Part shown: positions 62,525-64,000 of the stretch, in pieces
How positions within the stretch are numbered: position 1 is the stretch's first letter
Layout of the letters: every line of letters begins with the position of its first letter
From: Octopus sinensis
Taxonomy: Eukaryota
NCBI RefSeq assembly: GCF_006345805.1
Contig: NC_043014.1
Coordinates: forward strand, 11,284,001-11,348,000
Direction of reading: 5' to 3'
DNA length: 64,000 bases
The notes under the pieces: generated by a model
The model's input: only the letters and a program-made list of their open reading frames with translations
Told to the model about the DNA's origin: nothing
Database searches by the model: none
Made by a program: the position numbers and the translations under genes

Positions 62525-62934
62525 TTTACTCTTTTACTTGTTTCAGTCATTTGACTGTGGCCATGCTGCTGCACCGCCTTTAGTCGAGCAAATCAACTCC
62601 AGAATTTATTCTTTGTAAGTCAAGTACTTATTCTATTGGTCACTTTTTGCCGAACTGCTAAAGTTATGGGGACGTAAACACACCAGCATCGGTTGTCAAG
62701 CGATGTTGGGGTGGGGGACAAACACAGACACACAAAGACACACACATGTATAAACATATACATATATACGACGGGCTTCTTTCAGTTTCCGTCTACCAAA
62801 TCCACTTAAAAGGCTTTGGTCGACCCATGGCTATAATAGAAGACACTTGCCTAAGCTGCCACGCTGTGGGACTGAACCCGGAACCATGTGGTTAGTAAGC
62901 AAGCTACTTACCACACAACCACTCCTGCGCCTAT
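62525..62934 (-). mobile_element. SINE family A, full length, abutting the helicase remnant
   Basis: Family A layout. Confidence 0.87.
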
Positions 62935-63340
62935 AAGTCTCCTGATAAAACTAACATAACTCCTTTCATAGATTTATTGTTGCCTCTGATTTCTGTAAGG
63001 TCGTACCAAGAGCTTCCATTACACCTCTATGCGACATGGTGCATTCATCCCAAATGATAAGGAGGCATTGGCACAACACTTCTCGTGAACCTGAATGTTT
63101 CCCATGTTACAAAGTGGGCTGTCACTTGTGACCAGGTTTAGTGGTAATTTAAAAGCAGAATGAGCCGTTCGTCCTCTTGGGAAAATGGTGGCAGCAAAGC
63201 CAGACAATGGCACAGCAACAGCAATTCTTTTTTGTTACCTTACCTTTGAGAGAAGCAATGTTGTAAATGTTTTACCTGTGCCACCAGGAGCATCAAAAAA
63301 GAAAATTCCACTGCATTTTTTCTGGCAATTGTGGAATGCC
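62935..63340 (-). pseudogene. Helitron RepHel PIF1-family helicase fragment
   Basis: FFDAPGGTGKTF (Walker A), VR*QKRIAVAVPLSGFAAT..GRTAHSAFKLPL, then after frameshifts IIWDECTMSH (Walker B) and GVMLVLSGD. Confidence 0.92.
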
Positions 63341-63689
63341 ACACTCACACACATACACATACATACATACATACATACATACTACATACATACATACATA
63401 CATACATACATACATACATACATACATACAGTATCAAACATCAGATGAAATGGACTTGTGTGTGAGTAATAGAGAGAGGGGGAGAAATACATACATAAAT
63501 AGACATACATCTTTCTTGTATGTATGTGTGCGTGTGTGTGTGAGAGAAAAAGAGAGAGAGAACCACTTAGACATCACTGTCTGTCATACACACAGAGACA
63601 AAAAGATTATACATATGTATTTAGGTATGTACGTATACATGACAACACACCCGTTCACTCACATACACACGCACACACACACATAAATG

Positions 63690-63899
63690 TATACTCTTTT
63701 ACTTGTGTCAGTCATTTTGACTGCGGCCATGCTGGAGCACCGCCTTTAGTCAAGCAATTCGACCCCGGGACTTATTCTTTGTAAGCCTAGTACTTATTCT
63801 ATCGGTCTCTTTTGCCGAACCGCTAAGTGACGGGGACATAAACACACCAGCATCGGTTGTCAAGCGATGTTGGGGGGACAAACACAGACACACAAACAT

Positions 63900-63964
<65 letters not shown>

Positions 63965-64000
63965 TACGACGGGCTTCTTTCAGATTCCATCAACCAAATC
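63690..64000 (-). mobile_element. SINE family A running off the window end
   Basis: Family A tail and TA linker. Confidence 0.85.

Overview
AT-rich, repeat-saturated animal DNA, intronic or intergenic. The repeat repertoire suggests an octopus or other cephalopod, which is my inference and not a search result. There is no complete host gene and no rRNA, genuine tRNA or CRISPR array. Most ORFs in the track are translations of (TA)n, (TG)n, (TACA)n, trinucleotide or GA-rich repeats. The window holds dozens of tRNA-headed SINE copies (my working labels: families A, B and heads C/F). It also holds decayed coding remnants of Gypsy gag, two RTE LINEs, an R4/Dong-like LINE, two CR1/L2-type LINEs, three Tc1/mariner elements and a Helitron PIF1 helicase. 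MITEs, non-autonomous Helitrons, four long fold-back palindromes, two weak candidate host exons and a 100-N gap complete the list. The best leads are four. (1) Several unrelated minimal hammerhead-ribozyme motifs with palindromic helix III, including one inside a tRNA-headed SINE and a U3/A8 core variant in both arms of a 660-bp palindrome. (2) A SINE whose 3' end repeatedly joins GGTA targets, including its own head, which could explain its ~184-bp tandem arrays. (3) A LINE-SINE 3' tail pair with a covarying hairpin. (4) Combinatorial head/tail swapping among SINEs. All alignments and folds were done by eye, and coordinates of degenerate elements are approximate.
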